Source: Tubulanus polymorphus
Taxonomy: Eukaryota; Animalia; Nemertea
DNA: 64,000 bases
Reading direction: 5' to 3'
Assembly (NCBI RefSeq): GCF_964204645.1
Contig: NC_134025.1
Location: 28,686,299 to 28,750,298, forward strand
Positions 38,587-53,500 of the stretch are shown here, piece after piece (within the stretch, counting starts at the first letter, position 1; every line of letters begins with the position of its first letter). The translations under genes were made by a program, and so were the position numbers. The notes beneath the pieces are model-generated. The model saw nothing but the letters and a program-made list of their open reading frames with translations. It was not told the DNA's origin and searched no databases.

Positions 38587-39528
38587 ATGGCTACGAACAA
38601 CTCGAAAAGAATTTGTTACGTCGGGGGTTTGGCCGAGGAGGTCGACGAGAAGGTGCTTCACGCGGCGTTCATTCCGTTTGGAGACGTCACCGATATTCAA
38701 ATACCACTCGATTACGAGACTGAGAAACACCGAGGATTCGCGTTCGTCGAGTTCGAGTTACCCGAGGACGCCGCTGCTGCTATCGATAATATGAACCAGA
38801 GCGAACTGTTCGGACGAACGATTCGCGTGAATATCGCGCGACCGCAGAGAATAAAAGAAGGTTCAACGCGAGCCGTGTGGTCGGAGGATACGTGGTTACA
38901 GGAGCACTCCGGAGCCACCCTAAATACCGATAATAAAACGACGAACGACGATGATTCGGAGAACGCCGACACTAAACGCGCCTCGGACGCCGAGACGAAA
39001 ACCGACGAACCGGTCGCTAAGCGACCGCGCGGCGGTAACACGCAGGTTTATCTCGATATTAAGATCGGCACGAAATCAGCCGGTCGGATTATCATCGAGC
39101 TTCGTCCGGACGTCGTCCCGAAAACCGCCGAGAACTTCCGTTGTTTGTGCACGCACGATAAAGGCTTCGGTTTTAAAGGCAGTTCGTTTCATCGCGTGAT
39201 TCCTCAGTTCATGTGTCAGGGCGGAGATTTCACCAATCATAACGGCACCGGCGGTAAATCGATCTACGGTCGCAAGTTCGAAGACGAGAACTTCGTTCTG
39301 AAACACACCGGACCCGGTACGCTTTCGATGGCGAATTCCGGGCCGAATTCGAACGGTTCGCAGTTTTTTATTACGACGGAGAAAACCGATTGGTTGGACG
39401 ATAAACACGTCGTGTTCGGGCGAGTTATCGAAGGAATGAATATCGTTCGCGAAATGGAACGACAAGGAACTAAATCCGGGAAACCGATGATGAAAATTAA
39501 AATCATCGATTGCGGTGAATTGCAGTAA
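38587..39528 (+). CDS. PPIE: Peptidyl-prolyl cis-trans isomerase E (cyclophilin 33; RRM + cyclophilin), intronless CDS
   Basis: [23 protein letters not shown]...[10 protein letters not shown]...[15 protein letters not shown] (PPIE RRM); [48 protein letters not shown] at 39551. Start is ATG 38584 or 38587. Confidence 0.96.
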   Translation: MATNNSKRICYVGGLAEEVDEKVLHAAFIPFGDVTDIQIPLDYETEKHRGFAFVEFELPEDAAAAIDNMNQSELFGRTIRVNIARPQRIKEGSTRAVWSEDTWLQEHSGATLNTDNKTTNDDDSENADTKRASDAETKTDEPVAKRPRGGNTQVYLDIKIGTKSAGRIIIELRPDVVPKTAENFRCLCTHDKGFGFKGSSFHRVIPQFMCQGGDFTNHNGTGGKSIYGRKFEDENFVLKHTGPGTLSMANSGPNSNGSQFFITTEKTDWLDDKHVVFGRVIEGMNIVREMERQGTKSGKPMMKIKIIDCGELQ

Positions 39529-41561
39529 AAAAACGTTTTTTATCTAATTGAATAAAGCATTTAATAAGAGACGATTACTTCATTTCAAGTTTTTTGGGAT
39601 CTCTTGTTTTTGGTTTACCATCCTGCGTCATCACTTATGAGTAGCACAAAATTCTATGTGGATATCGTGAAGTTTGTTTCAATGTTTGGTACTAACAGCA
39701 CAGGGGTAACGAGATAGAGGATAATTTACCCATGGACCACGTGGTTTACCACAGCCTTATGAAATGGAAAGTTGGCTCACCTTCCGCAGAATAATCGTTC
39801 ATAATGACTGTGATGAACTGGAATCACTGGTCATTCGGCCTTATTTGTTCTTGTTTGGAAATTCAACTACTTTCCTGATCCTGACAAGTCGCAGATTCCG
39901 CAATTTATCCTTACTATAACTATCTTATCATTTTGTCTCTCAGTAATTCTATGTACTGTTTTACAGTTTGTTCTCTACTCTTCCATGTAAAAGATGATCC
40001 TATACTCATCATAAATTCACTTGTCCAATATAAGAATTTAATGGCACTTGTACCCCGCAATCTTTTCCTGGTAAATAGATTGTAAGAAGTGACCGAGTGG
40101 TACCGGGCTACAGATTGATACGGCATTCGAGGCATGTCCTAGGATGTACGTAAAGGATTTACTTTCTTCAGTGGAAGCTGAATGATGTCAAGTGGATAAG
40201 TTCCTTTAGAAGCATCTGAACTGAACAATGATCCCGCAATATTAACATTCAACACCTTGCCTTCAATTTTACAAATACTGTTATTTATTTTACATTTTTC
40301 ACAATTTTTTTATCAAGTTCATACAATCGCCCTCTTCAAATTCTACTGCAAGTTGTTAAATAAAGAAATTCATATAAGAAACCCCATTAAGTATAAAACA
40401 CTTCGTCAAAATTGTATATAAATAGCAAGGATTCAAAAATGTCAAACGAACAAACACTTCATTCGTGTGTAATCAATTATACATACAGTTTACATCCTAC
40501 AAAAAGGAGTAGATGAAAAAGCCATGCAAAAAATTCATAACTTTTGGCAAAACAACATTAACTGATACAATAACGACATACTGGTTATATGTACTTGAAC
40601 GTTCATTGTTATGACTATACCGGTAATACATATGTACATCAGAATAAAAAGAATTTTTTTAGAAGCGAGAAAAGGACATCAAGATAGTCGGAGGTCATCA
40701 AATCAATAGTTGGATGTATATATTTCCAAATTATATCGTCAAGAATGCTAACGCAAAAGAGGACGCATGCTGCGCTAAAAAGTTTACGTATTCAACACTT
40801 GTTTCACCAACAACTGTTCTGTTATATGTCAAGATTGGCCCAAGTTGTACTTAAAATCAAATAGCGTAATCTTTTTCATTCAGTTGAAATAGTTACATAA
40901 TACGAAATGAAGAATGAATAATAATGGCCGCAATGAAAAATCCTGAAGTGAGTCTGATCTTATGTAGTATACACAATGGAAGACAGGAGACAGTCACTAT
41001 TTCAAGATCTATATATTCAAAGTGGCAAAATCAATGTTAAAGCATGCAACATGAAAATACTATTGGATTCGCCATTACTGCTCGGAGTTGATAACAAATA
41101 TCAAATGGTTAACTAAAGCAATGAACAACTATTCTATCAATGAAAATCAATTATCACTAACTTCACACTTACAATAGCGATCAAAGCAATCTCTGTTCAT
41201 TGCATGGAATGTCGTTTTCATGTCTTTTTTTCAGCAAAACGTCTTAAAACTGCTATACAAAACACACGTTTTAGTAGTAATCAAGAACAGATGCAAGGAT
41301 CAAGAAATCTGTACATATGTTTTTCATACTTCTTATCGAAAAAACGAAATACCGTTAAGAAAAATTCGAAAAAAACCATCTAGAAAAGTGAAGAAATATG
41401 AAAAATTACATATGTACAATAATAATATTGCCTTTCTTATTGGTATAATGCCATCTGATATTTCCAACGTGAATGCTAAGTAATAATATTGTATATTATA
41501 GAAAGACTTAGAATTGTATTTTACATCATTACAAGTTAATTGTTGGAATCATTAATAAACT

Positions 41562-44500
41562 TTATTTCTTTTTGCCAAATGTAGAAACTGATACACGTTC
41601 ACCAGGAGAACCGGAACTAGCAGAAGAACTCGATTCATCTTGTAACAATGCCTGACAACGTTCAGCAAAATTCATTTCGATTGTTTCATCGTTGTCGTTA
41701 TCATCTTTCTCCTTTAACGATTGCACTACATCGTCTTTCGAGACACCCTTCGTCCGAGATTTAGGAGGAATGATCCTAGTTGGTCGACGGGGAACAGCTT
41801 TAAGCGGAGTTCCGCTGTCTAATGACATACTTCTATCAGAACGACTTAATATCTTAGTTTTCGAAGGAGCCCAGAGTTTTGTGTCTTTTATTTCTTTCGG
41901 TTTATTAGTAGCACCTATTGACAGTTTAACCGACTGATTGAGTCCCGTTGCTTTGGAATCGTTGGAAGATGTTTTAGCAGGCGATGTTGGAGAGTTTTTC
42001 TTATTTCTGTTACCAGCAGTAGGAATTCGACTAGACTCACCATGACCTTTGAAGGTAGACAATGTTCTCCCTTTAGCGGAGTCTTTGGCACTATTAGAAC
42101 GATATATGGGAGCCGTACGTAATTCTGTTTCTCCCGGAGAAACTAAATGAGCAGGTCCACTAGCTCGGCGACGAGTATGATCATACTTTGCTTGCACGCC
42201 CAATTTTACTTTAGCTCGCTCGATAGAACGGTTCGGTGACCGGTGTTCAGGAGATGATGGACTGCTAGGAGTCAGTACAGTACGTACAGAAGTGGGTGAC
42301 GATTCACCAGTACGATTCACTGGTTTATCCAGCGAACGAGATTTCAAACTAGCAGATCGTTTTATTGGCGAGGTAGGTTTTATCTCTAGCGATCGACTTT
42401 TCTCGTTCGTTCTCGATGCCTGATCAGGAGACCGTAAATTAACCGCATCAGTTCTACCAATAGGTTCAGGTAATTTGGATTTATGTTCGGGAGACTTCGT
42501 AGACCCAGAACTTTTAGCTGTAACAGTTTTTTTCGTTGAAGAGATTGGAACCCTGAGACGAGTTTCACCAGATATTGAACCACGATGCGGTGAAGTTGTC
42601 CGTGATGAATCGGGAGAGATTTCCACCTCTTTCATGACGATTTCCTCTTCGGGAATGTTATCGGTTTGAGAGAGATATTTCTCGGCAGACGGAGAGAGCA
42701 GAGACGATTCGTGAAATCTGACATGATGAGAATGATGCGAATGACCATCTGGTGAAGTTAAAATCGAAGGTGGATCTTTTTTCTCGGGTAGACTAAGTTG
42801 TTTACTCAAAGCTGGTTTTTCGCGCGGAATTACTTTTCGAACTTTTTCGGAATGGCGTCTATCCAATTTTGACCCTTCTACGGAAAGACTGGGTGTCTTA
42901 GTTTCTATAACTGATGTTGAAGCGATAGGTTGTATTTCGGTGTTTTTTACTGGTGGCTGAACTACGACTGTAGGTTCAATCACATTAACATGACCTCGTT
43001 CGACATTCTCTTTGCCGGTGCTATCATCATTTTCCTTATTCGTCGGATAGAATTTCAGGAAGTCAAAATGTGACAACGCCTCTTTTTCTTCTTCTTCGAA
43101 ACGGATATATGTTTTTTCATCTACAGTTGGACGACTATGAATGGCATGACGAATTACATTGAAAATCCCTAAAATGATAATAAATTATTCCAATATTGAT
43201 TAAGGATAAAAAAGATCAATCAAAGAAATATCCATTAAGACATGATTCTTACTGAAACAAAGGGAAATCAGGGAATTTGGATTTTTGGTGTCTTGTCGTT
43301 CTTGCTGTTTATGAGTTGCACAAGAAAACTCCTGAGGAAAAACAGCCCCCACAGGGGATATCTTATAATTCAATCAGGGAATTTTCGGTCAAGGGTCAGG
43401 GATGATCTGGGAAATATTAGGGAAATTCAGATCTATAAGAACCCTGTCGTAAAGCTATATGAATGTACCTTTCTTTCCCTTTGCACCTCTTTTGTTGGGT
43501 CTTTTCTTGGGCATTTCGTCGACTGCGATATCAAGAGTTACTTCACCGCTTCCTTCTTCTTCATCGCTGCGATCATCAATCAATGAGTCGAGTATCTCCG
43601 CTCGGATCTGTGAAAGATAAATCATCCACGAATTCTAAAAACAGATACCAACCAGAAGATCAAGACATTAATTTCTGTCACCGGAAGAATGATTATAAAT
43701 AGTCGAATGTAATTGGACCATATCCCCGTCATCTGATATATCGCGCTTAATCTTGACTAATGCACTAAAGCGTAGTGCAGCAGCACTATTTTTGATAAAT
43801 TCAATAAATGTTGTCGGAGAAATATTTCTGTGTATTTGCCGGTTGTGGCCACTTGAAGAAAATTAAAACTATGGTTGGATTCCGTGCAGTACATAACGCT
43901 TGACCCGTTAGCCGTAACTATGGAAACCATTTGTGCCGATTGTATGAACTAGCGATTGAACTAGTCAACCCCTGATATCAAGCACCATATCTGAATGTAT
44001 CATTCTACTCTTGATTATCCTTTTCTTACAATGATAATTATCTCAAAAATTTGTACCAATTTTATTAAGACGACACAAGATTGAAAAATAAATGTTACAC
44101 ATATTTGTGTGAAAATTCATAAGAGCAAAAACAGTAAAAATCTCATCTGTTGAAATGTCATTCCATGCGATCTACCACACTGCCAACCATGGAGGTAACA
44201 GAATTTATATAAGGATTATGCCAATTATAGATGATTATTGATTAATGTACATTATTCAACCTGCGCATATATTCGAGAATAAGTCGCACATTCTAACCCA
44301 TTTTAAACGTTTCAGTAAGGCTTGTTATTACCCGCACCAGCACCAGAGTTTATTTGTTATCTAACGCAGACTACTTGATTGCCGTCTTTTGAGTGTGTGT
44401 GTGTTGAATGATAGTTTATGTATCTCTATTATCAGTGAGAAATCCATTCTACACCTTTCCTCTATCATCTTCATAAATACAGACGCAATAATACAAGGGT

Positions 44501-47500
44501 CTCTCATATGTTACATTACCCGTATCCTAAAGAAATATTTTCATGAAAGTATATTATTTCAAAATTAAACCTTTTGCATTTATCTTTTGTTGAATAAAAA
44601 TTGCGCTTTCAACCCAAGATTACTCATACAAGATAATGATTAATAGACAGAACATTTTTAATGAATATATCATGCTATCTATAATTGATACCTGACTAAA
44701 CAATTACACAATTGATTTGCAGAGCTTCTCACGAATGTAAATTCAATAGGAGAAAATCCATCATCATCGTCATCCTCATCATGACGAAATCGAAAAGATT
44801 CCTGCCTTAATGATCCAGCAACAAGTCCGCATAGATGACTGCACAGATGCTATCAGCTACTGTCAATACTAATGGTATTTAATTGCACTACAACATTTCG
44901 ATTAGATATAATCTTTCCTACAAATAGCGTTCCATCAATTATTAATCCTCTTATTATCAAAAGCAAATTCTAATTTCTGTTGAACCGCCGTGGCTCATCC
45001 AGCGCCGACATCCTAGCAATTTGAACTGTTGTACTGTGTATGCCTGCCTGCGCTGGCATATATGCACGCAACTGCTGTATGTAGTAGTGGGAACACTGCA
45101 ACAACAGCAGGGCTGCAATAAAATCTGATCAATATTCATTAACTCTTCACCTACAAACTCACATTTTCAATTCCAATATCTCAATAAACACCTGCTCGTA
45201 ATCCGTATAAAACAATATGCTTCAGCAGCTCGCGCGCGCTCGGGAGTAGAGAATTCAGCTCGCATAGACCCCCTAATCATCCATACGCTTCACTTTTAAC
45301 ACCCCGTACCGGATACAACTAACAACCATATTAATCCAATCATCATCAATCATTTTGAGACTCTATCAGATTACTATCTCCCGCAACATAAATAGAAACC
45401 ATTTAACGGTTTTAACTTTCTCAGTCGAGATATGAAAGATAAATTTCAATTTTTCTTTCTCTATATGAAATATTATCGAAGTTCAAAGCGGTCAAATAAT
45501 CAATAATTAATGTACGTATTATCAAGGTTACCGGATGATTAATATCCTGATTTGCCTGACATTTCGCGAAAAACTGTTGCTGAAGATACAAAATTAGAAA
45601 ACAATAAATCATAGACCCTGTCCCCGGATAAGAGGGCCGATCACGTTGGTAGGGATTATTACTGTTTTCACATGGTGGCTTTTATCGGCAAAATGTTTGC
45701 TTATAATCAGTAGCACAGTTTACCCAGAAACCGATCAATGAAATTAATCAATCAATCAATAAATAAATTCTCAAATTCATTACGCGCCAATTGCGCCAAT
45801 TCCAACGGGAAAAATAGCAGTCTTATATCACCTGATGTCAAATTCATTACTTCAAAGAAACTAGAAGTTTGTTTTCCACACATGTCGATCAAATTTCCCG
45901 AAATCTGTCGAAAATATTTCCCCCAGATACCCCGATTCAGTCTGAGCTTATTTAAAAACAAACCCATCCGCATATTCCTCATGCCACGGGCTTGTTTTCT
46001 ATAATACAAGACCCAGTCTCCTCTAAACAGGGAATATAAATCTTTGAACAAGTTTCAGATCTCAAAGAATGCATCGACCAAACCGAGTTACATAAACCAT
46101 GAAACTTCCGATGATCCAGGCACCCGATGTCTGGGGAATAATAATTTGTAATGCACGGCCACACATTCTACACGTCATCAAACCTGATTCTATTAACCAT
46201 TAAAACTACTTCAAATTCATTCGCTCAATACTGATGACGCCAATCTAAATTCTAGAGATACTATTTCTGGACGACTGGTGCTGCATGTGTGCGGTAAATA
46301 GATTCATATAAAAATTTCCGAGGCAGGCTCGTAATGTTTTATCGCTTAGTCGAGGACATGTCAGTGCATCCATGACAACCTCATCTCATTCTCATAAACT
46401 GCTTTAAAGCGGTAATATCGTCATTTGCATATAAAATTCCGCTGATTCATTCCATGCAAGAGTAATTTGTTGCATGAAGCTGAACGCATTACTTAGTTTC
46501 GCTCACAATGGAAATATTAAACTTAGACTCAGTCATCAAATAGGTATGACTCTTTACATGAACTAATCTTAAACTAATCATAGAATGATACAAATACAGT
46601 AGACTACTCCTTACTCGACACTGGTCAACTCAGCAAACTTCACAAGTCCCAGGGGCAGGTCCAGGGGGTCTTACAAGACCTAAATAAGGAGTAAAAGTGA
46701 GCTGGCAGGATGTCCTTTTCTTATCAATTTACCCTAAAAATATTTGCGAAAACCCTCAGATCTTGCCCTCCAATCCACCCCTGAGTCTGATTTTTAGTAA
46801 ATTCTAATAGGAACGACCTGCTATTTTCACTGATTCTCAACTCAGTAAAATATTCACTGTCCTGACAGTACCGGGTAAGGCCGAGTTTACTGTATTCATT
46901 GACATTTACCTTGGCATCAGTCACGTCTAATTCTGCGGATAATTCACCAGCCTCATCAACCTCCATAATATTCACGTTACCGGGCGAAAAATCTAATCCT
47001 AAATTTTCAACCTTCAACCAATCGAATTCATCAGTCGCGTCGAGTTCACCTTCATCAGTTTCCTCAGTGTGCGGTTGAATATCGTCGTCCATCCAGTGAT
47101 ATTTATCGGAGCACTCCGAATCCGAGTCCGGTATTCTCGTATCTAAAGGTAACCCGCCGCTTACAGAACTACAGCTCGATATCGATAGATTCGACAAGCG
47201 AAATTCCGGCCAAACGTTCTGAATACTTTCTTTAATTGATGTTTCGAGTTTGTTTTTCTCTCGGGTCGAGGTCGCATTCTCGACGACGTTCGATACGGGC
47301 GCGAGAAGCACTTTCAGATCGGGCACGTTTATATCGGTCTCGTCCAAACTATCGAGACTCGATAAACTTTTCTGCAAATGATCGACGGTTCTCGATAGAT
47401 CGGCGATCTGTTTACTGATCTCTTCATCCTCGCCTCCTACTACACTACAGTTGGGCACCGAGCTCGTGCGCGAACCGAGGTGACGTCGTCGCGTCGCAGG

Positions 47501-50500
47501 CGTCGAATTCGCCGAGTTCGATTCGAGACTACGAGACGATTCGACTTTACACAAACTGTAGAAATCTTTGTTGAATATCGTCGAATTCAGATCGAGAACT
47601 TCTTCCCCGGTGGACGACAAAAACTGTTCGATATCTTCACAACTACGATCTAATAATTCGGTACTCGATTTATTGCCCGTATGACCCTCTAAACTCCACG
47701 ACGATGGCCTCTTATTACCGACTAAATTCATGAATTCACCGTCGAAATTGTTCATATCAGAGAATACCGTTACAGGTTGTACGGCGAAATCTGTTGGATG
47801 GACTGAATTCACTGTCTGATCTTTTACAGCACGAAATGTATTCGAATCAGCAGTTTTTACGGTAGCATTTTTATCGCTTTTTCTGCCACCGCTCTTTACG
47901 ATAAGACTAGGAATGTTCGTTACTTTTTGAGGAGTCGATTCCTTTTTTGTATCATTAGTTTTTTCCCGCGGTGTTTGCGTTTCCTTTTTAGGAGTTCGCG
48001 TTAAACTACTAGTACGAACGGGAACTTTAGGTTTCTGTTTAGGTTTCGTTTTCTCGAGGGATTTCGAAAAACTTTTAGAGTTACTTTCAACATCTTTCTC
48101 CTTGTTTAAAAGCCTTGATTTAATCGTAGGTTTCTTAGGCACAGGTGGTGCCTTTTTCTTTGGTCTTAAAATATTCTTATTGGACGGAGCTGTATTTTTT
48201 ATGCACTCGTTGGTTGGCTTCACCTATGAATATAAAAAGTTTGTACCAGTATGTAAACAACATGCAAAGTTCAAAGTTGTAATGACTAAAGTAAATGTGA
48301 TCAAAATTTACCTGCTTTGATGTAGAAAAATGTTTTTGATGCTGGAGTTCACTTTGTAATTGCACATTCAAATGTCGATTGACGTCTACTGATTGAGCGA
48401 CCGAATCTATTATGCTTGAATTCTGCAAATATAAAAGTAAGTCATTCATTAATATCATCAGAATAGTACTGAAATCACATCAATGGTTCAATGGTCATAC
48501 AAACCTGTTTAGAAAAACTGTAGATGGGCTGTTGACCGTTAGATTCCATGCTCGAGTTTGAAGATGAAACGCCATTGGAATCATCGGATTCTAGAGGTTT
48601 GTTAACAGTAGGAATAGTGGCATCGAGATAAGAGTCTAGTAAATCACTATCTGAATACGCTCGTTTCATGAAGTCGTCATTAAATTCCTGTGAAAGCGTG
48701 TAATACAATAAGGCTTCGCTTTGAACCAAATTCATACATTCTAAGTTTTCCGCATTTCGAAGAAACTGTCGCGGCCGTTTGTGTTTACACAACGAACAAC
48801 AGATATTCGACTTATTCGAATCCGTTTCGCAATGCAACGAAACGTCGATGGAAGCCGATTTTTCCGAGTTGAGTTTGAATTTCGAATTTTCAACGATATT
48901 TCCCGGAAGCGATACGGTACTGCGATTTCTAGCGCTTCTCTGCGCGAGTAACTGACGCTCGAAATAACGGAGAATATCTTTAACGCTACCGATAGATGAA
49001 CATTCGACGCTTGCATCTCTTCGCAGCGATTCTGAAACTGCGTCTTCAGCTCCGGTCTGAAGCTTTTCTACGGATTGGGGGCACTTCGTCGTATTCTGAT
49101 CGTCGGGTTCATGAATCTCTTCGATTTTCAGGCACTTGCATTTTTCGCTGAGTTTATCGCTCGCCGAACTTTTAACGCCTTCCGAAAAACGTTCCAATAT
49201 TTCCGGATTCACGTCGCTGGCCATCGTTGAGTAGCCGTCGTCTGCGCTACCCGACCGATCTAATTCTGAACCAGGCGACGAACAAGCGCTGCTATTGCTG
49301 CTCAGTTTCAGGACGCTTTTTGGCGTAATAAATTTAACTGGATCGGCGAGAACATGCATTTGTATAGTTTCGATCAACATTTTAGGCGGCGATAGTTCCT
49401 TTACGAAGTCTCCAGTACCGGACTGTGCGACTATATTAGTATTAGATTCAGCAGTATTCAGAGTCTCAGGCTTAGTTAATAACACGTTCTCTTCATGTTT
49501 AATACAAACGCTGTTCTCACTCGGTTTACTACACTCATTCTTATCACGTGATGTTGATGCAATTTTTATCGTTGGTTTCTTCATGAATTTCGAACAATTA
49601 TTCATCAACCCTAATTTCGCCGGTAAAGTATTCGTTACGCTTTGTTTTTTCGTGAATTTCTTCTGCGATTTCGCCGGCGCGCAGTCTTTGTTATCGAGAC
49701 TCCTAGTTTTCTTGTGCTGATTTTGGCTACATTGAATCAGTTCCAGGGAATTTGGTCGACATATATTTGACTGACTGTTCTTTTCTTCTATACTCACATC
49801 GATCGCATTGAACATCAGGTCATCGAGGCACGATTTGTGATCATTCGTTGAATTCCCGTACGGACAAGTTGCTATTCCGTGTGTATGTTTTTCATCTACT
49901 TTAGTAAAACTACCTCTAATGCTGCCTTTAGTTTTGTTAAAATGACTGTTAAACAGCTCTTGGAAACTGCTCAAACTCAGATTATCGTCGCTAGGAGTTT
50001 GCATCGAATCTAAGCCAGTTTCGAGGATATCGTTCAACGATACTGACGAACTAGTCGAACTGCACGCTCCCGATAAACCAGTACTGAGACTTCGAGTTTC
50101 ATAATCGCTGCTATCGTCACTATCTTGAGCTTGATTTTCACCGCCACCGATGACTATAGGTAAACCATCGTTGTCGTTGATCGTAAACTTGATATCGAAC
50201 GAGTCGCTGAGTTTTAATAATTCTCTACCCGGTGACGTTTCTCTGTGCTCGTGACTAGCTGTATTCGGATTGGGAATTAGCTGCACAGTCTCCGCGTTAT
50301 CGATAGACGTACTACTAGTTCCATCGATATTCCACGATTCGGCATTTTTTCGTCCGCCGTAAATAATTTCATATTTAGCATCCTGCGCGTTGTTCTGTGG
50401 CGTGGTGGTTTCTTCGTTTTTACCGTGAATATGGTTGATGTTATTGAGTAATTTTTGTGACCACGGTTTCGAGTAGTTCGGACTTAGATTCGGACTCGGA

Positions 50501-53500
50501 TCCAGTTTGTAGTGAGCACCAATTTGAGATGATGATAATATGATGGATGTTGATTCTGTTGGTGAATCTCCGACATTAGGAATAATGCTGCTGCCTGTTG
50601 TATTAATTTGAGGTTCTGTGAGATCTGTTTTTGCCGGCAAACGTTTTATTCTATCCCGTAGCCATGGCGGCGGTGAACTCATTGTTGGCATACACGGCGT
50701 ATCAATATATGCCTGAAAGATTTATCAAAAAGATCTTTTCTGATGTATTTTCAGTGAATGATCTTGAATGATCCAACAATGTTGACATCATTTCAATGAA
50801 GGGATTTTGAAATATCTCAAAACTGTCAATAAACTTTGAATAACCGGTATCAACATTGTGGGATTATCTATAAGATTTTCTATTGATTTTTGTGTAGCAG
50901 GCGGACATTTTGAATGAAACTTACATTGTCGTTGAAGTTATCATCATTGGTTGGTGAGAAACAATGTTCATTCCCTGAGACGCTTGTTGGACTTTGAACA
51001 GACAACCTCTGTTTCAACAAGTTATTTCTGATTTGTTGATTTGAATACTGAAAAGAAGATACAAGCAAGATGTATATGATGAATCTGCTTTTGAATAAAG
51101 GTGAATAACTGTAATGAGTTGATATAGTCGACGTAAGGAGTACCTGAGATGGTGAAAGTGCATGTTGTGTAGTGTTATTACAAACAGGCCAGCTCATTCC
51201 CTGACTATGCGTAGTTGGTGACTGTAAGAAGCTATCTGGACTAATATAACGTCGATGTTGTAAATAGAAGTTCAGCTGTTGATTTTGCTGTTCTAAATCT
51301 GACACACGTTTTTGTAGTTTCAGACACTCTTCGCGAAGACCCTATATTCAAAAGAATATATTCAAAATCTTTCATATACAACAGATGCAATCCACCTCTA
51401 CATAGAGCCTTCAGCGTGACAAGTGGGAGAAATACTGATATATCTCAGAAAGTGATTTTTTTTCAAGAACAATACATGTATATTCAAAATTTTTTATATA
51501 CCAGGTAATCTGTCTCTCCGGAGAGATTTCAGCGTGAGAAATGGAAAAATACTGATAGACCTCATAAGGTAATTTCTTCATTCATATTTGAACATTCCAT
51601 TCACAGTACATTCATACATACAGGCATATATAACAGTGTGTACGGATATGATCTTTTTATCTATCTGAATAAATAGTTTCACATATCGCTACCTTTTGTG
51701 TTAATAATGCTTGAACAACCTGGTTCGCGATCTCGCCCAGTGATTTTTCATACTGCATTCGCTGTTGTTCATTTTCCAGAACCAACTGTGAATTTTCAGC
51801 CTCTAAATTTTTCAGACGTGCCATCAATATGGAATGCCTTTCTTCTTCGGCATTTCTTTCATTCACCTTCAAATATAAATATACATGTGTATGTGTTGTT
51901 TTTCTTACTCGTTGTTCATTCCAGAGGCAAAAAATGAAAAAAAAAATTTCTCAAATAACTCGTACTGTATGCAGGTAAATACCAGGCCAAATCTTGGGGG
52001 TCATTTTAGAGCGCTTCATTAGTGAAAGAAGACACGTATTTCCAAAAATGTTATGCACATTAACATCGTATTGAGAAGTGTTGATAGGGAAGGGCAGTTG
52101 AATAGTTTGATTGCCATACGTTCGGCAGGTTAGACACCTCTCAAGGGTCTAGGACTACGTGATACGCACCTGCGTTTCAAGTTTTCCAACTTCATTCATT
52201 AACAGCATGTTTTCCTGTTCTAAGTTACAGATTTGACTTTGGTAACGTTGAAGTTGTTCCTATAAAAACAAATGTCATCGCGCGGTGAGAAGAGATTATT
52301 CATACGATCAATAAATTCATATGAAATCCAGATGAAATTAGGCTAAAAACGTGGTTCAATAATCACAATCGACAGATTTCATCGAACGCCTGATAACGTA
52401 GATGGAAAGGTCTCTAGCTTTATTTCAGAATGTACTCATTCATGCCGTTCTACTTTAATGACGTACAAAAAGTCATATTAATCATTGATAAAACACTATC
52501 TTCGTGTTGTAATGATAATACATAGAGAATCTCACAAAGTCTGAAAAGGTTTAGTTTAGCTAGTAGTTTAATTCATCATTTAATTCATATACATATATTT
52601 ACTATTGTATTATATATAACTACCCCTACCATGCTCCTCTTTTATCTGTTTAGATTGTAACTATTTCTACGTTAATTCTTCCCTTAGTTTCCTAGTTTAG
52701 TCTCTTGTTCTGGATTAAACATATATTTCATAATTTCTATTGTAACTCAGTATTCCTGAAGATAACTATTAGAATATAGTTAAAACGTTGGATAAACTAC
52801 TAGCTCGAGGATATATTTTCAGACTTTATATCATTTTTTCATTATCAATATCATTGTGAGATATTTATCATTCTCTCATTAAACGTTCGATCACCCGAGA
52901 CGATGTTCACCACCGAGTGACACATTTTATTGATGACGAAAGCGACCGATTTCTTATTAATGAACTTTTTAATGGCCATCGTTACCTCGTAAGTGAATGT
53001 CAGATTGGCTTTCTCTTGACGAATCTGATCGAGTTTGTTTTTATACTGTAGCATATTCTGGACGACGTCTTCCATTCTAAAATTACAGCACGAAAAATGT
53101 CTCCAGTGAACGAAAAATCTATGTCAATAAAAATCGTACCGTTCAAACAAAATGTTATTGAAACAGGTCGGATCTCGAGTTTCCAATAAAAACTCATTCA
53201 GCAATTACACAATGATATTCCAATGAGAGTTTTCGCTATATGCTGGTGGTATACTTAGTTTTGTGAATGAATGGGTGCAATAAAAATATAATTCGAAATC
53301 TGTGTACATGACCCGGATACAAAAATATCATTATTATATTCGCTATGAAACTGTTAAAATAGCTACGCATCTATCAAGGCCTTGATAAACAAGGTTTATC
53401 ACCTCCCTTACTCAGACATGACCTTCGACTAATTGGCTAGATACGAAATCATCAACTCATTTTTTATCTTATTTTAGGTGAGGTTAATTCGAACCACTTA

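Noticed and set aside
38712-39506. Several antisense and alternate-frame ORFs over PPIE
   Set aside because: Shadow ORFs caused by the GC/CpG-rich codon usage of the real gene.
40089-40145. gtgaccgagtggt...ggcattcgaggc resembling Pol III A/B boxes (tRNA or SINE head)
   Set aside because: No cloverleaf stems can be formed and the B box is poor.
46612-46680. Exon-like segment with good acceptor and donor in the NCKAP5-like intron
   Set aside because: Contains stops in all three minus-strand frames; at most a non-coding or poison exon, and unsupported.
41562-50691. Three long ORFs (504, 499 and 738 aa) as separate genes
   Set aside because: They are bounded by splice sites and join in frame as large exons of the NCKAP5-like gene.
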